Shown here in pieces: positions 30,659 to 40,395 of a DNA stretch of 62,463 nt; the stretch's first letter is position 1; every line of letters begins with the position of its first letter. Source of the DNA: a virus (taxonomy: Duplodnaviria; Caudoviricetes). The notes under the pieces are model-generated. The model had not been told where the DNA came from. It did no database searches and saw only the letters and a list, made by a program, of their open reading frames with translations. The position numbers and the translations under genes were made by a program. The stretch covers positions 1 to 62,463 of IMG/VR virus record IMGVR_UViG_3300017788_000024. One strand, 5' to 3'.

Positions 30659-31222
30659 TTATATGATGGATGCCTTACTTATCATCTCCTTGATTGCTTG
30701 TTCTCGTTTGAGCAAGACAAACCAAAGAGAAAGGGTATTGTAGGCGTCGTTTGCAGCACGATGTGGCGTGCCAAAGAACTTTAATCCGTATCTATGGAGA
30801 AAGGAACTAAGACCACCAGTTGTTTTCCGTTCTTGGGCAAGACGGTGATACACGCAGATTGTCTTTATGTCCAAGTCTCTTCTTCCAAAGTGTGGAAAAT
30901 TAACATTGTTCTCCTTGAACTCTTGAAGAAGAAGCCTTGTGTCTCCTTGACCCCATGTAACAGCATTGACAAAACAGTTGTATTTGAGTATTAGTTCAGA
31001 AAGATCTCTTGCTACATCCTCAATTGAACTTGACGTTTCGGCAATTGTATGATTGCTGATTCCAGTCAGGTTGGTTATATACTCTTCAATAGATTCTTTA
31101 GGATCTATATACCAGTTTTTTGTGGTGATTATACCATCAGTTATGTTCCCGATGGCCACGCCCACCTCAATTATCTTGTTAGAGGGTTGGTTCATTTCAA
31201 GATCAAGTGCTATGTAGTTCAT
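30659..31222 (-). CDS. DEDDh 3'-5' exonuclease
   Basis: ALDLE, LTGI, TWG..D, HRAANDA; start placed at the ATG coupled to the polymerase stop. Confidence 0.88.
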   Translation of the reverse strand: MNYIALDLEMNQPSNKIIEVGVAIGNITDGIITTKNWYIDPKESIEEYITNLTGISNHTIAETSSSIEDVARDLSELILKYNCFVNAVTWGQGDTRLLLQEFKENNVNFPHFGRRDLDIKTICVYHRLAQERKTTGGLSSFLHRYGLKFFGTPHRAANDAYNTLSLWFVLLKREQAIKEMISKASII

Positions 31223-32922
31223 CAATGTGTTTCCGACCAGTTCTTTCCTACCCTGTACTCTGCATCGATCCTGATCCGGCATTCTAGGTATTCTCCTGCC
31301 TTGGTGGCACAGTCCTTGACCTCCCTGCCAAGATCATGTGCTATGTCTGGCGAGCATTCGATTTGAATCTCGTCATGGACATTGGCTACCCAACGCCACT
31401 GGTTCTTGAACATCTTGTCAAGCCTTGCATCACAATAACATGTCCACACCTTTGCAATGTGGGCACCTGATGACTGAAGCAAGGTGTTCAGAGCAGCATG
31501 TGCAGATCTTACGGGAATGTCACGCCAGTTGAATGGCCTTACGCAACCCTTTGAATGGGTTGCAAACTCACAATCCTTGATTATTCTGCTAAGACCCGGG
31601 ATGTTCTTGAGTAGTTGGTTCTTGGTGTCCCTTGCCTTCTTGGTTGAGATGCCGACAACGGAGCCAAACTTGGCATCACCACCACCATACAAGAAGCAAT
31701 ATATTCCATTCTTGGCCTTGCTTCTGGAATCAAGTCCCATTGCATTTTGATTGTGAACATGAATGTCACCTTCTAGAATTTGTTTTGCATATGCACCATT
31801 ATCGTAGGGATAGAGATAGTGTGCAAGCATTCGCAACTCAAGACCGCTAAGGTCTGCACCCACAAGAACCCATCCCTTGCGGGGAACGAACAGTGATCTT
31901 GCTCTCTTGTCGCTTGATACCTGTTGCATGTTTGGGTTGTTGGATGTCATTCTTCCGGTGACTGTTCCTAGGGTGTTGAGGCTGCCATGGATTCTCTTGT
32001 CCCTGCTGCATCTTGCTCGTTGTATCCAATCAGATACTTGGGACATGAGTTTGGTCTCATCGAAATACCTAACAAGAACCTTTGCTTCTGGGTATTCCAA
32101 CTTGGCAAGTACAGACCTGTCAACTTGAGGATTGCCCTTGTCTGTTTCTGGTGCTACCCATCCATACTTCTTATGAAGTTGCTCGGCAATTTGCTGACGA
32201 GATCCCGGATTGAACACCGTGATCTTGTCCTTGAGTTTCTTGCCTGTCTTGTCAGACCACCTTTCTTCTATCTTGTCGGGAAAGATGATACGCATCTGGT
32301 CCTCGATTGCAACCTTGTCAAGCATGAGTTGCTTTTCGGTCTCCTCTGCTTGAGCAAGATCAAACCCAAAACCATTCTCAACCTGATTGGAAATGATTCT
32401 TGCAACCCTCATCTCCATGGCAATTGCCTTCTCGTTGTTCTTTCTGAAGTTTTCTTGATACTTGTATATCTTTGCCGTGACAATGGCGTCTTGAGTGCAA
32501 TAGTCCAGCATCTCTTGACTGAAGGAGTCAAAGCCTCCCGAGTAATCTATCTTGTGTTCTCCAAGAAGGAGTCCCCAAGACTTGAGTGAATGGGATTGAC
32601 CGGGAAGCATTGGCTTGTCGGGCCAGATCATTCTTGAGATAACGAGGGTATCCGAGAAGGTTGCGTTGACTTTTCTTACGAGTCTTTCTAGGATAGGGAT
32701 GTCATAGCCAAAAATGTTGTGACCCACTGCAAGATCAGCACCCTCAAGTTCCTTGATGAACTGTTCGAGCATGTCCTCAGTGTATGTCTTTGTCTCTCCT
32801 GTCTCTACATCACAGGTTGCTGCACACCAGATTCTTGTAGCCTCTGGAATGCAGGTTCCTTTCTTGTTTATTGTCACTTCATTGAGACCGTTGCCTTCTA
32901 TGTCAAATGCCAATACTCGCAT
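31222..32922 (-). CDS. polA: family A DNA polymerase (T7 gp5-like)
   Basis: FDIE and GHNI..YD exonuclease motifs, TVTGR, DLSGLELR, RSKAKNGIYCFLYG, VHDE; start at MRVLAFDIE. Confidence 0.96.
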   Translation of the reverse strand: MRVLAFDIEGNGLNEVTINKKGTCIPEATRIWCAATCDVETGETKTYTEDMLEQFIKELEGADLAVGHNIFGYDIPILERLVRKVNATFSDTLVISRMIWPDKPMLPGQSHSLKSWGLLLGEHKIDYSGGFDSFSQEMLDYCTQDAIVTAKIYKYQENFRKNNEKAIAMEMRVARIISNQVENGFGFDLAQAEETEKQLMLDKVAIEDQMRIIFPDKIEERWSDKTGKKLKDKITVFNPGSRQQIAEQLHKKYGWVAPETDKGNPQVDRSVLAKLEYPEAKVLVRYFDETKLMSQVSDWIQRARCSRDKRIHGSLNTLGTVTGRMTSNNPNMQQVSSDKRARSLFVPRKGWVLVGADLSGLELRMLAHYLYPYDNGAYAKQILEGDIHVHNQNAMGLDSRSKAKNGIYCFLYGGGDAKFGSVVGISTKKARDTKNQLLKNIPGLSRIIKDCEFATHSKGCVRPFNWRDIPVRSAHAALNTLLQSSGAHIAKVWTCYCDARLDKMFKNQWRWVANVHDEIQIECSPDIAHDLGREVKDCATKAGEYLECRIRIDAEYRVGKNWSETH

Positions 32923-34648
32923 AGTTGTAAAGGACTTCTCCTTCTGGGGTCTGGGTGAATTCCACTTCTTGCAGCCTGCTTGTGTCCTTGTTGTAGTAGA
33001 GGGCACAACCAATGCCGCACTGACCCGTCTTTCTGTTCTTCAAGACGCGGATGCAGGTGGTGTTTGAGATGTTGGGATCGGGATGCTGCCTGTTTCTTTC
33101 CAGTGCAAACACATAGTCTGCAATCTGAGCAAGAGAACCTGAACCACGAAGGTCGCTGAGCGAGATCTTATCTCCCTCGTCAACATTCTTGTCGGTCTTC
33201 TTGATGTGAGAAACCACATGGACAATGCAACCAGTACGCTCGACAAGGGAACGCAACTGCTTCATGACATCATCAAGAACCAGTCTTTCAGAGTTGCCAT
33301 AGTTGTCTTGCTGGCTCAGCAGCATGTTGCCAAGAAGGGTGATGTGATCCACGATGAGTACCTTGCAGTTGAGTGCAACCGCCATGTACTCAAGACGAGA
33401 CATCACATTATCGATGTTTGAGTTGCCGATGTGATCATAGATGTACAACGGATACTCGCCCACTTCTCTCTTTGCTGCATTGTATTCATCCTCAGACAGG
33501 TTGTCTGCAACGCCTAAATCAACCTCATCCTTGTTGAATTTCTTCCTCAACTTGTTGAGTTGCCTCTGACCCATTATCTTTCGGACGCTCTTGCCGAGTT
33601 TTAGGGAGATGAGGTCATCAACGGTTGACTCTGGAGATTCTTCTAGGAAGATGCAACCAGTGGCATTGTTGTTCTCAAGGTGATGAATGATGATCTCCTT
33701 GATGATTGATGACTTGCCATGACCAGTTGCCGATGTCCACAGATAGAGACGCCCTGCATCTTGACCTACCATGAAGTTGGTCATGCGTTCCCAAGGAAAC
33801 TCGTACAGAACAATCTCATCCGTGTCGCCACTAGTGACCTGAGACACATGAAGGATTGAGTCTGGGCTGTGGGTCTTGGCATTCCAGTATGCTTGGAGCA
33901 ACTGCTTGCCTTCACCCGACGTAAGCATTTCGTTGGGATCTTTGCGGGGAAGTTCCATGATCTTGACCTTGCCGGGCGGCAGGATCTCAGCCACTTCCCG
34001 AGCAGCCTTGCGGCCTGGGTCATCCATGTCGAAGCACAAGACAATGGTGTCGAAGGATGATACGAATTCGTAGTTTTCCTTGATGCTGCGAACAGCACCT
34101 TGAACACCGGATGGGATGGACACGACTGGATACTTGTTCTCAAACAATTGACTCATGGTGAGGCAGTCGATTGCACCCTCGGTGATCAGGATCCTAGGAC
34201 CACCCTTCTCCCACAAGTGTTGACCATAAAGTTGAATGTTCTTTGTATTACCGACCCAATGGAACTCTTTGTTGTTCACATTGCGGATCTTCTGTGCCTG
34301 AAGAGTTCCGTCTGAACCGTAGTAGTTCTCGATCTCGATGTGACGATCCATGGTATTGGATGTCTGATATCTGAACTTGCGGCAGGTGTCTACATTGATT
34401 CGACGATGCGGCAACATCTCGGTGTCGCCAACATATGGCACAAAGTCTTTAATGATGTTTTCATCCTTGACTTCCGTCATGTATTTCTTATCACCTCTTT
34501 CATAATAGCCACATGCAAAGCAATACTTGTGGTTGTCGTTGTAGCATGCAAGGTTGTCTCCTGATGTGTCCCCTCCGCTGCTCACGCACTTGGGGCATGA
34601 CATCCTTTCTATCACCTTGCTATCACTGATTGTAGATTCAATACTCAA
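32903..34648 (-). CDS. primase-helicase (T7 gp4-like)
   Basis: CPKC...CFAC zinc finger, ITEGAID and FDMD TOPRIM, GHGKS, IVDHI, DLRGSGSLAQ, KNR.TG. Confidence 0.97.
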   Translation of the reverse strand: MSIESTISDSKVIERMSCPKCVSSGGDTSGDNLACYNDNHKYCFACGYYERGDKKYMTEVKDENIIKDFVPYVGDTEMLPHRRINVDTCRKFRYQTSNTMDRHIEIENYYGSDGTLQAQKIRNVNNKEFHWVGNTKNIQLYGQHLWEKGGPRILITEGAIDCLTMSQLFENKYPVVSIPSGVQGAVRSIKENYEFVSSFDTIVLCFDMDDPGRKAAREVAEILPPGKVKIMELPRKDPNEMLTSGEGKQLLQAYWNAKTHSPDSILHVSQVTSGDTDEIVLYEFPWERMTNFMVGQDAGRLYLWTSATGHGKSSIIKEIIIHHLENNNATGCIFLEESPESTVDDLISLKLGKSVRKIMGQRQLNKLRKKFNKDEVDLGVADNLSEDEYNAAKREVGEYPLYIYDHIGNSNIDNVMSRLEYMAVALNCKVLIVDHITLLGNMLLSQQDNYGNSERLVLDDVMKQLRSLVERTGCIVHVVSHIKKTDKNVDEGDKISLSDLRGSGSLAQIADYVFALERNRQHPDPNISNTTCIRVLKNRKTGQCGIGCALYYNKDTSRLQEVEFTQTPEGEVLYNYASIGI

Positions 34649-34848
34649 GGATCATTCCTTGTAAGGAAGAAAGACCAAGTAAATGCAACAAGAACCAAAG
34701 AACCAAATATAATGGTTGGAGTTACAAGAACGGCCAGAATAAGAAAAGGAATCCAAGAAGAAGTATCTAGATAGCACAAGGCTAATATCCAAGATAACGC
34801 AAGTGCAATGTAGTTACTGTAGTAATAGGTCTTTTCAATGTCTTTCAA
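34645..34848 (-). CDS. small membrane protein
   Basis: Two TM segments; overlaps both neighbours by 4 nt. Confidence 0.55.
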   Translation of the reverse strand: MKDIEKTYYYSNYIALALSWILALCYLDTSSWIPFLILAVLVTPTIIFGSLVLVAFTWSFFLTRNDP

Positions 34849-35222
34849 GCAACAGGCTCCCTATCAAAATCATCGTAATAAAAATCATCATCGATGTAGT
34901 TTGCAGGAGGATAGACATTCTCGACAAGTTCTGCAACCTTGGCATCGATTGTACTGAAGAAGTCCCTATCAGAATCACTCATTACGAAATGATTTTCACA
35001 ATCATAGGTATCAGGAACGTCAGTACCGTAGTAGTTCTCAATGACACGGAAAGAAGTGATGAAGTATCCAGACAATTCATATCTTTTTGAGTAGTATAGA
35101 ATGTCCTCAAAGAGACTATCCTCCTCCCAATAGAGTTCGACATCTGCTGCAATGATAAACTCCTCATCGTTGTAGGTGAGGGGGAATTCTAGAGTGGTAC
35201 GCTGAACGGTTTCATATCCCAT
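34845..35222 (-). CDS. highly acidic hypothetical protein
   Basis: 125 aa, about 31 D/E versus 7 K/R; AAAGGA RBS. Confidence 0.7.
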   Translation of the reverse strand: MGYETVQRTTLEFPLTYNDEEFIIAADVELYWEEDSLFEDILYYSKRYELSGYFITSFRVIENYYGTDVPDTYDCENHFVMSDSDRDFFSTIDAKVAELVENVYPPANYIDDDFYYDDFDREPVA

Positions 35223-35237
35223 TTATGTTTCCTTTGG

Positions 35238-35271
35238 AAAAAAAAAGGGAAGTCTATTGCTAGACTTCCCT
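35238..35271 (-). terminator. intrinsic terminator
   Basis: Stem AGGGAAGTCTA/TAGACTTCCCT, GCAA loop, U-tract on the minus strand. Confidence 0.88.
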
Positions 35272-35622
35272 TACCAACCCATGACGGGTGGTGTAGTAGA
35301 TTTCTTTGAAGAGTTCTTTGCACCAAGGCATGCATAGGTTGCATGGTCTTGCCATTCTCCATTGGTTCATATGACCAAACCTGAAGTTGACAAGAGTAAA
35401 CTTCCTGCATCTTTCCTTCACCTTCAACCAAGCATCAAGTTCAGAATGAATTTCATTGAACCTGTACCTGTATGTCAACGCGAGCGGATGAGTCTTTCTT
35501 TTGTTGACTCCTATTGCTATTGGTGTTGACTTGTTGAGTATGATTGACACATGCTTGAATTTTCTGCCATCAAGCACTGGCAAGTTGTCTATAGCCAGTG
35601 ACTCTAATGCATCTATGTTCAT
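35260..35622 (-). CDS. zinc-dependent cytidine/dCMP deaminase-fold protein
   Basis: IHSE and RPCNLC motifs; start MNIDALES coupled to the rusA stop. Confidence 0.75.
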   Translation of the reverse strand: MNIDALESLAIDNLPVLDGRKFKHVSIILNKSTPIAIGVNKRKTHPLALTYRYRFNEIHSELDAWLKVKERCRKFTLVNFRFGHMNQWRMARPCNLCMPWCKELFKEIYYTTRHGLVREV

Positions 35623-35993
35623 ACCTGCTCCACTGCAACGACGAAGTATCCTTCTTGACCGGGCTTCGCCCATTGCTTGCTTACATACAATCCGATTATT
35701 TGAGAGTCATCTACCCAAAGCCTTTTGTTCATTAGATCCATGATGGCCTTGGCTAGATTATCCACATCCGATCTTGGGTGTGGTAGTTTGGTTGTCTTGG
35801 GTCGTGTGCAATAGCACTTGATATCAACCATCAGACGGTCCTCAAATGGAACGAATGTGTTGAGTATCTTGTTTGCGACCTTTGATCCTTCTTCCCTGAA
35901 ACGCTTGTAGGCACCCGTGTAGTAGGATCCATGCCTACCAACACGGGGCCTAGAAGCGGCGACTGGACTCACCGGGAAGGTGAGTTCAATCAT
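35619..35993 (-). CDS. rusA: RusA-like Holliday junction resolvase
   Basis: P...RPR, DVDNLAKAIMD, WVDDSQI. Confidence 0.92.
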   Translation of the reverse strand: MIELTFPVSPVAASRPRVGRHGSYYTGAYKRFREEGSKVANKILNTFVPFEDRLMVDIKCYCTRPKTTKLPHPRSDVDNLAKAIMDLMNKRLWVDDSQIIGLYVSKQWAKPGQEGYFVVAVEQV

Positions 35994-36499
35994 CAGAAGG
36001 GGACTTCCTCGTCAGTAGAAGACGTACCTGCACCCACATAACCACCATCGACGGAACCCATGCCGCCGCCGTTTGTGCCGGGCTGGTAGTTACGCTCGAT
36101 CAGTTGGATCTTCTCCATGTAGAAGGAGACCGACTGATCTCGATCGATGAGCGCAGGAGTTACCTTGATCCGAACGACATCGGTTCCGAACGGAATGGTT
36201 TCCGTTGGCTTGTCGGACGAATCAAGAACAGGGAATGTCTTGACTCCCTTGCGTGCCTGAAGCACATTCTTGAAACGCATGAGTCGATCTCCGGTCTCAG
36301 TATCATTCTTTAGACCGTTGATCTTCTTGCCACCAAGTTGCTTTGCGGCAGCCTCAAGTTGAGACTTGATTGCATCGCTTACGATAATGGTGACGGAATG
36401 GTTCGGGTTGCCGAACTTGTCATCAGGTGTCATTAGATGAGACCATCGGACAGTTGCGGGACCAACCACGATTGAATTGCCATAATTACTTTTCGTCAT
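35993..36499 (-). CDS. ssb: single-stranded DNA-binding protein (T7 gp2.5-like)
   Basis: WSHL.TPDDKF, acidic C-terminus DEEVPF. Confidence 0.85.
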   Translation of the reverse strand: MTKSNYGNSIVVGPATVRWSHLMTPDDKFGNPNHSVTIIVSDAIKSQLEAAAKQLGGKKINGLKNDTETGDRLMRFKNVLQARKGVKTFPVLDSSDKPTETIPFGTDVVRIKVTPALIDRDQSVSFYMEKIQLIERNYQPGTNGGGMGSVDGGYVGAGTSSTDEEVPF

Positions 36500-36740
36500 C
36501 AGATTCTACTCCTTTAATAACAGGGTCTGAAGCACCTTCACTTTTTGGGTTCTTCATGACGAAGTTTTGAACATCATTCTTGTTGGCATCAACAATGTTG
36601 TTCATGGTAGTGCGGATCTGGAAACTAATGTTGTCCAGAGCCATGAAAATCTCCCGCAGGTATTGCAGCACAGCATTGGTTGCAATAAGCGGGGGATACG
36701 ATTGTTTGTTGTTTGAGGTTTGCTCAGTCTGTTCGCTCAC
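36486..36740 (-). CDS. hypothetical protein
   Basis: Fills the gap between the phosphoesterase and SSB genes; probable GTG start. Confidence 0.5.
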   Translation of the reverse strand: MSEQTEQTSNNKQSYPPLIATNAVLQYLREIFMALDNISFQIRTTMNNIVDANKNDVQNFVMKNPKSEGASDPVIKGVESDDEK

Positions 36741-37390
36741 ATGATCTCCAAATACGGTTGCCCATCCTTCACGACACCACATGACAAGACAGGCTTCTTC
36801 AAGGAATATCTACCATAGGACAAAGCAAGATGATCTGCATCCACACCGGATCCCACATTCATACCAAAGATGGTGTCAACTCCATTGTTATGATGAAAGA
36901 TTGAAGCGATGGAGTGGCAATGCCCGCAGACGACGCTTCGTCTCAGGTAGCATGCAGCGTTGAACGCTGGGGATTTGCCGCTCCAGTTTGTGCCGTGTGT
37001 GTACAATATGTTGTCGATGACATGATCATTTGCCCATGTCCAGCCATATGTTCCATATACATCGTTATAGGGTTTGAGATACATACTAGGAATACCTTCT
37101 GCCTTTGCTCGACGCATGACTCTTTCATCATGATTGCCGATGCACACTAAAGCCTCAGGAAATTCCTTGTACCATCTATTGACAAACCTCATTGTCTGGG
37201 TGAACTCGTCCTTGGCAGCAGGAAGATCAGGATTCTTCTCATGCTTTGAGATAGACTCATGATCTATGATGTCGCCAATGAACACGGTTTTGTTTGTGTC
37301 ATGAATTCTTGCTACTTTCTTGCAAAAGGCAAGGTAACTTTTGTGTATTGCTGGGGCGTGCAAGTCGCCTATTACCAGCACTCTGCTCAA
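36737..37390 (-). CDS. calcineurin-like metallophosphoesterase
   Basis: GDLH, GDIID, GNHD, THG, GHCH. Confidence 0.92.
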   Translation of the reverse strand: MSRVLVIGDLHAPAIHKSYLAFCKKVARIHDTNKTVFIGDIIDHESISKHEKNPDLPAAKDEFTQTMRFVNRWYKEFPEALVCIGNHDERVMRRAKAEGIPSMYLKPYNDVYGTYGWTWANDHVIDNILYTHGTNWSGKSPAFNAACYLRRSVVCGHCHSIASIFHHNNGVDTIFGMNVGSGVDADHLALSYGRYSLKKPVLSCGVVKDGQPYLEIM

Positions 37391-37725
37391 TGGCGTTGAC
37401 TCCTAATCTCTGCATCCCTACGCCATTGCTCTGCAATGGAAGGAAGATCCTGCCTGCGGCGTGTCCCTTCTTTGGGATGGGCGGATATGAATTTGCCTTC
37501 TGCATCGGCAAGATGAATCCACTCCTCGATGTAGGCAACAACAGGCTTGTACACATCAAGCGTGCCTTCATTGTGCTGCTTTTGAATGGAGTTAAGATCT
37601 CTTGAATTTGCGGCGTTTGCGTCGTTCGTTGTCACGATTTCGTTCCTTTCTTTTTCTGGCAAACTTGTCACGGTCCCAGCCACGCTGGTCTTTTCTTCGG
37701 ATGTTCTTATCTTCAGCCATTCCAC
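37387..37725 (-). CDS. hypothetical protein
   Basis: Tightly packed ORF; the exact gene model competes with overlapping frame 37592-37825. Confidence 0.35.
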   Translation of the reverse strand: MEWLKIRTSEEKTSVAGTVTSLPEKERNEIVTTNDANAANSRDLNSIQKQHNEGTLDVYKPVVAYIEEWIHLADAEGKFISAHPKEGTRRRQDLPSIAEQWRRDAEIRSQRH

Positions 37726-37961
37726 ACCATGATGTCAGTGACCATGCATTTTGGAATCTTGTGGATTTGGCTGGTTTCAACAGGACCAACTGTGGAAGCA
37801 ATGACATATTGAGTCTCATCCTCATGAATCAAGAACCCAGATGTTGCCATGGTTGGGAGTTTGAGTTTGCTAAGTTTACATGCTTCTTTCTTCTCCATCC
37901 ACTCAGCACCACCTATGGTTTGTGCATCAACCCAATGGATAGTGACGACCTTTAACTTCAA
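37713..37961 (-). CDS. hypothetical phage protein (V.I.WVDA...W type)
   Basis: Plausible compact protein downstream of the RNAP gene; TTG start assumed. Confidence 0.55.
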   Translation of the reverse strand: MKLKVVTIHWVDAQTIGGAEWMEKKEACKLSKLKLPTMATSGFLIHEDETQYVIASTVGPVETSQIHKIPKCMVTDIMVWNG

Positions 37962-37965
37962 GGAG

Positions 37966-40395
37966 TCAACTGAAGAAGTAGATTGACTTAGCGACTTCAT
38001 TGATGTCAAATTCATCTTCTCTTTCTGGAATCTGCGGTAACTTGATCTCATATTTCTTCTCAAGGTATGCCTTGAATTTCTCCAATGGGTTGCTCTTGTG
38101 TATCTGGATGAACTGCTGCTTGAGTATGCGATCCATGGCATCCACATGAGGAGCATAGGTTCCATATGAATCATGAACAAAACTGAATGCTCTTATTCCT
38201 TCAAGAAGCATGGATGATATTGTCATGAACATGTGAGCAGCATCCAAGGAATGAATGAAGTTTGGTGATATCGCAAGGAACTGTGCATCACCGTCAAGAT
38301 CATTGCTGAGCGTGGAGAAAACAAGTTGTTGCTTGTTGAACAACTCCGCATATGATATTCTTTCAATGATCTGGTTGTACACATGCTGAACAACAAAACC
38401 ACTGTCCGTCTCCCATATGAGGGGCTTATTCATTGCGTTGATGAGACGAGCGACTTCCCTAAGGTAGTCTTTGCCCTTGTTTGGTTCCTCCATGGTGCCA
38501 CGAAGACCGTCTTGCAATGCCCTGCTTAGTTCAACAATGGCACCACCACGCTCTTCTTTTGGCACCCAATCAACATGACCTTCTTCCTTGACATACTTCT
38601 GTATGCCATAGAAGGTGAGACCATACGAGTCGCACATGGTTGATCTCTTTGCAACCTTGCGAGGCAGACCATCATCCCAATGCGTAAGGAATTTGGTGTA
38701 CCACTCGTTGTCTGTATGTGTTTTAAAGATTTCATAAGTCTTTTGCGCGACGAATTGATAGAGATCCTGAGGCTTGTCGCTAGGCAATACATTGGTCAAC
38801 TTGGCAAGCCTTGAATCTCTTCTGATTGCAGCCCAATGCTGAACGCCATTGTTGGCACCGTCCTTTTGAACGGGCAACTGAGTCATGCCATCGGTTCGGC
38901 ACAACTCAAAGCATGCAGCAAGTCTTTGGAAGGATGGGTTCTTCTTCTTTGCATCGGACACCCACTCACGATTGTGGTATGGGTCTTCTGCAATGCCCCT
39001 TATCATATCCATGTTGTCATCAACCCATTTGACTCTCTCTTCATACGTCAGTTTGTCCTGATCAAAGAGATTGGCAGCATGAATCTTGAGCCACCATAGA
39101 CCGCGAGGAGTCTGCTTGATTGGCTCTGCAAAATGGATGAGGGCACGATCGAAGTCGATGCCTTGACAACTGAGGAGTTCACATACGGTGTATGCTCTGC
39201 CCCTGAAGTCCAAGGTATATGGCATGTAGAAGAAGTCGTTCTCAAGCATGTTGCGTGCAAGGGAGAGACGAACGAGCATGCGTGAGCGTGCCTGTTCCTC
39301 CTTGTACCATTCACCCCATGCTTCTGTTGATTCCGACATCCACCTTGCCTTCTCTTGCTTTGTCCCTTCTTCTGGAAAGGGACGGGAGAAGGCAAAGTCA
39401 TTGTATGTATGAGCAGGAAGGTTTGCAATCCTGTAGTCCTTGAAGAACATCGTCTTCATGACCTCATAGACTGATCTATTGATCGACCATTCGGTCATCA
39501 TCATTGCATTGATGCCGTCAAGCACCATGTCGGATGGCTTGGAATTGTAGTCCCTTGGATCACATCCGATGGGATGATATCTCTTTATCATCTTCTTTCT
39601 GATCCAAGGATTGAGGAAGCCTCCGTCCTTGGATCTTTCATGAGGAACAGGAGGACAAAGCATTGGTCTGTAGACCATGCTTCCTGTCTCAAGAACATCA
39701 TGCTTTTTGCTCAGTTCCTTGAGTACGTCAGGGGAAAAGGATACCAACAAGGATTTCTTGTTGCGTCCAGTCCATACCACCTTGCCTTCAAGAATGTCCG
39801 AAGCCAAGGCAATCCTGAGCATGTTGTGACCAAAGTCTTCCTTTTGTTTTGGGGTATACTTGTATATCTTGCCCATCTTCTTGGTGAATGCACGACACCT
39901 CTTGGGTGTCCAGTTCTTGATGAACTTGGACTGCCTAAGCCAGTCATCCTTGAACTTTTGCTTTGCTCTCTGGTAGGAGACAATGTTGATTACATTCTCA
40001 GATATGAGTTTTGATAGTGATTGTGCGGTAGGTGCAGAAAGAGGAACACCATGCACAAAGTCTATGTGTGTTATGTTGGATCTGGTAAGAAACAACTCAA
40101 TTACTGCCCTGATGGTTATGTCTGCCATCTTTGCAGCACCAATGGACAAGAGAGGAGGAAGCCATTCGGGATTCTTTGGTCCCTTGCAAACCTTGTCTAT
40201 CCATTGCTGGTAGAAGGGCGTGAGGTGAATGACGGCAGATTCCAGAAGCAACTGCTCTGGCTTGCCTTCGTCCTTAACCCTGTCCCATTCCTTCCAGTAC
40301 CGTTCAACTCCTGCGTTAAGCAGATCCTCTTCCCACAGGAGTTGCTTGTCGATTCTTAACTGCTTCTCAACTGAGTTGAGTTTGTCCCATAGCAT
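37966..40395 (-). CDS. T7-type single-subunit RNA polymerase (RNAP-1, full length)
   Basis: DFRGRAY, motif A KDGANNGVQH, PQDLY, motif B RKVAKRSTMCDSYG, PNFIHSLDAAH, motif C VHDSYGT, C-terminal YFFS. Confidence 0.98.
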   Translation of the reverse strand: MLWDKLNSVEKQLRIDKQLLWEEDLLNAGVERYWKEWDRVKDEGKPEQLLLESAVIHLTPFYQQWIDKVCKGPKNPEWLPPLLSIGAAKMADITIRAVIELFLTRSNITHIDFVHGVPLSAPTAQSLSKLISENVINIVSYQRAKQKFKDDWLRQSKFIKNWTPKRCRAFTKKMGKIYKYTPKQKEDFGHNMLRIALASDILEGKVVWTGRNKKSLLVSFSPDVLKELSKKHDVLETGSMVYRPMLCPPVPHERSKDGGFLNPWIRKKMIKRYHPIGCDPRDYNSKPSDMVLDGINAMMMTEWSINRSVYEVMKTMFFKDYRIANLPAHTYNDFAFSRPFPEEGTKQEKARWMSESTEAWGEWYKEEQARSRMLVRLSLARNMLENDFFYMPYTLDFRGRAYTVCELLSCQGIDFDRALIHFAEPIKQTPRGLWWLKIHAANLFDQDKLTYEERVKWVDDNMDMIRGIAEDPYHNREWVSDAKKKNPSFQRLAACFELCRTDGMTQLPVQKDGANNGVQHWAAIRRDSRLAKLTNVLPSDKPQDLYQFVAQKTYEIFKTHTDNEWYTKFLTHWDDGLPRKVAKRSTMCDSYGLTFYGIQKYVKEEGHVDWVPKEERGGAIVELSRALQDGLRGTMEEPNKGKDYLREVARLINAMNKPLIWETDSGFVVQHVYNQIIERISYAELFNKQQLVFSTLSNDLDGDAQFLAISPNFIHSLDAAHMFMTISSMLLEGIRAFSFVHDSYGTYAPHVDAMDRILKQQFIQIHKSNPLEKFKAYLEKKYEIKLPQIPEREDEFDINEVAKSIYFFS

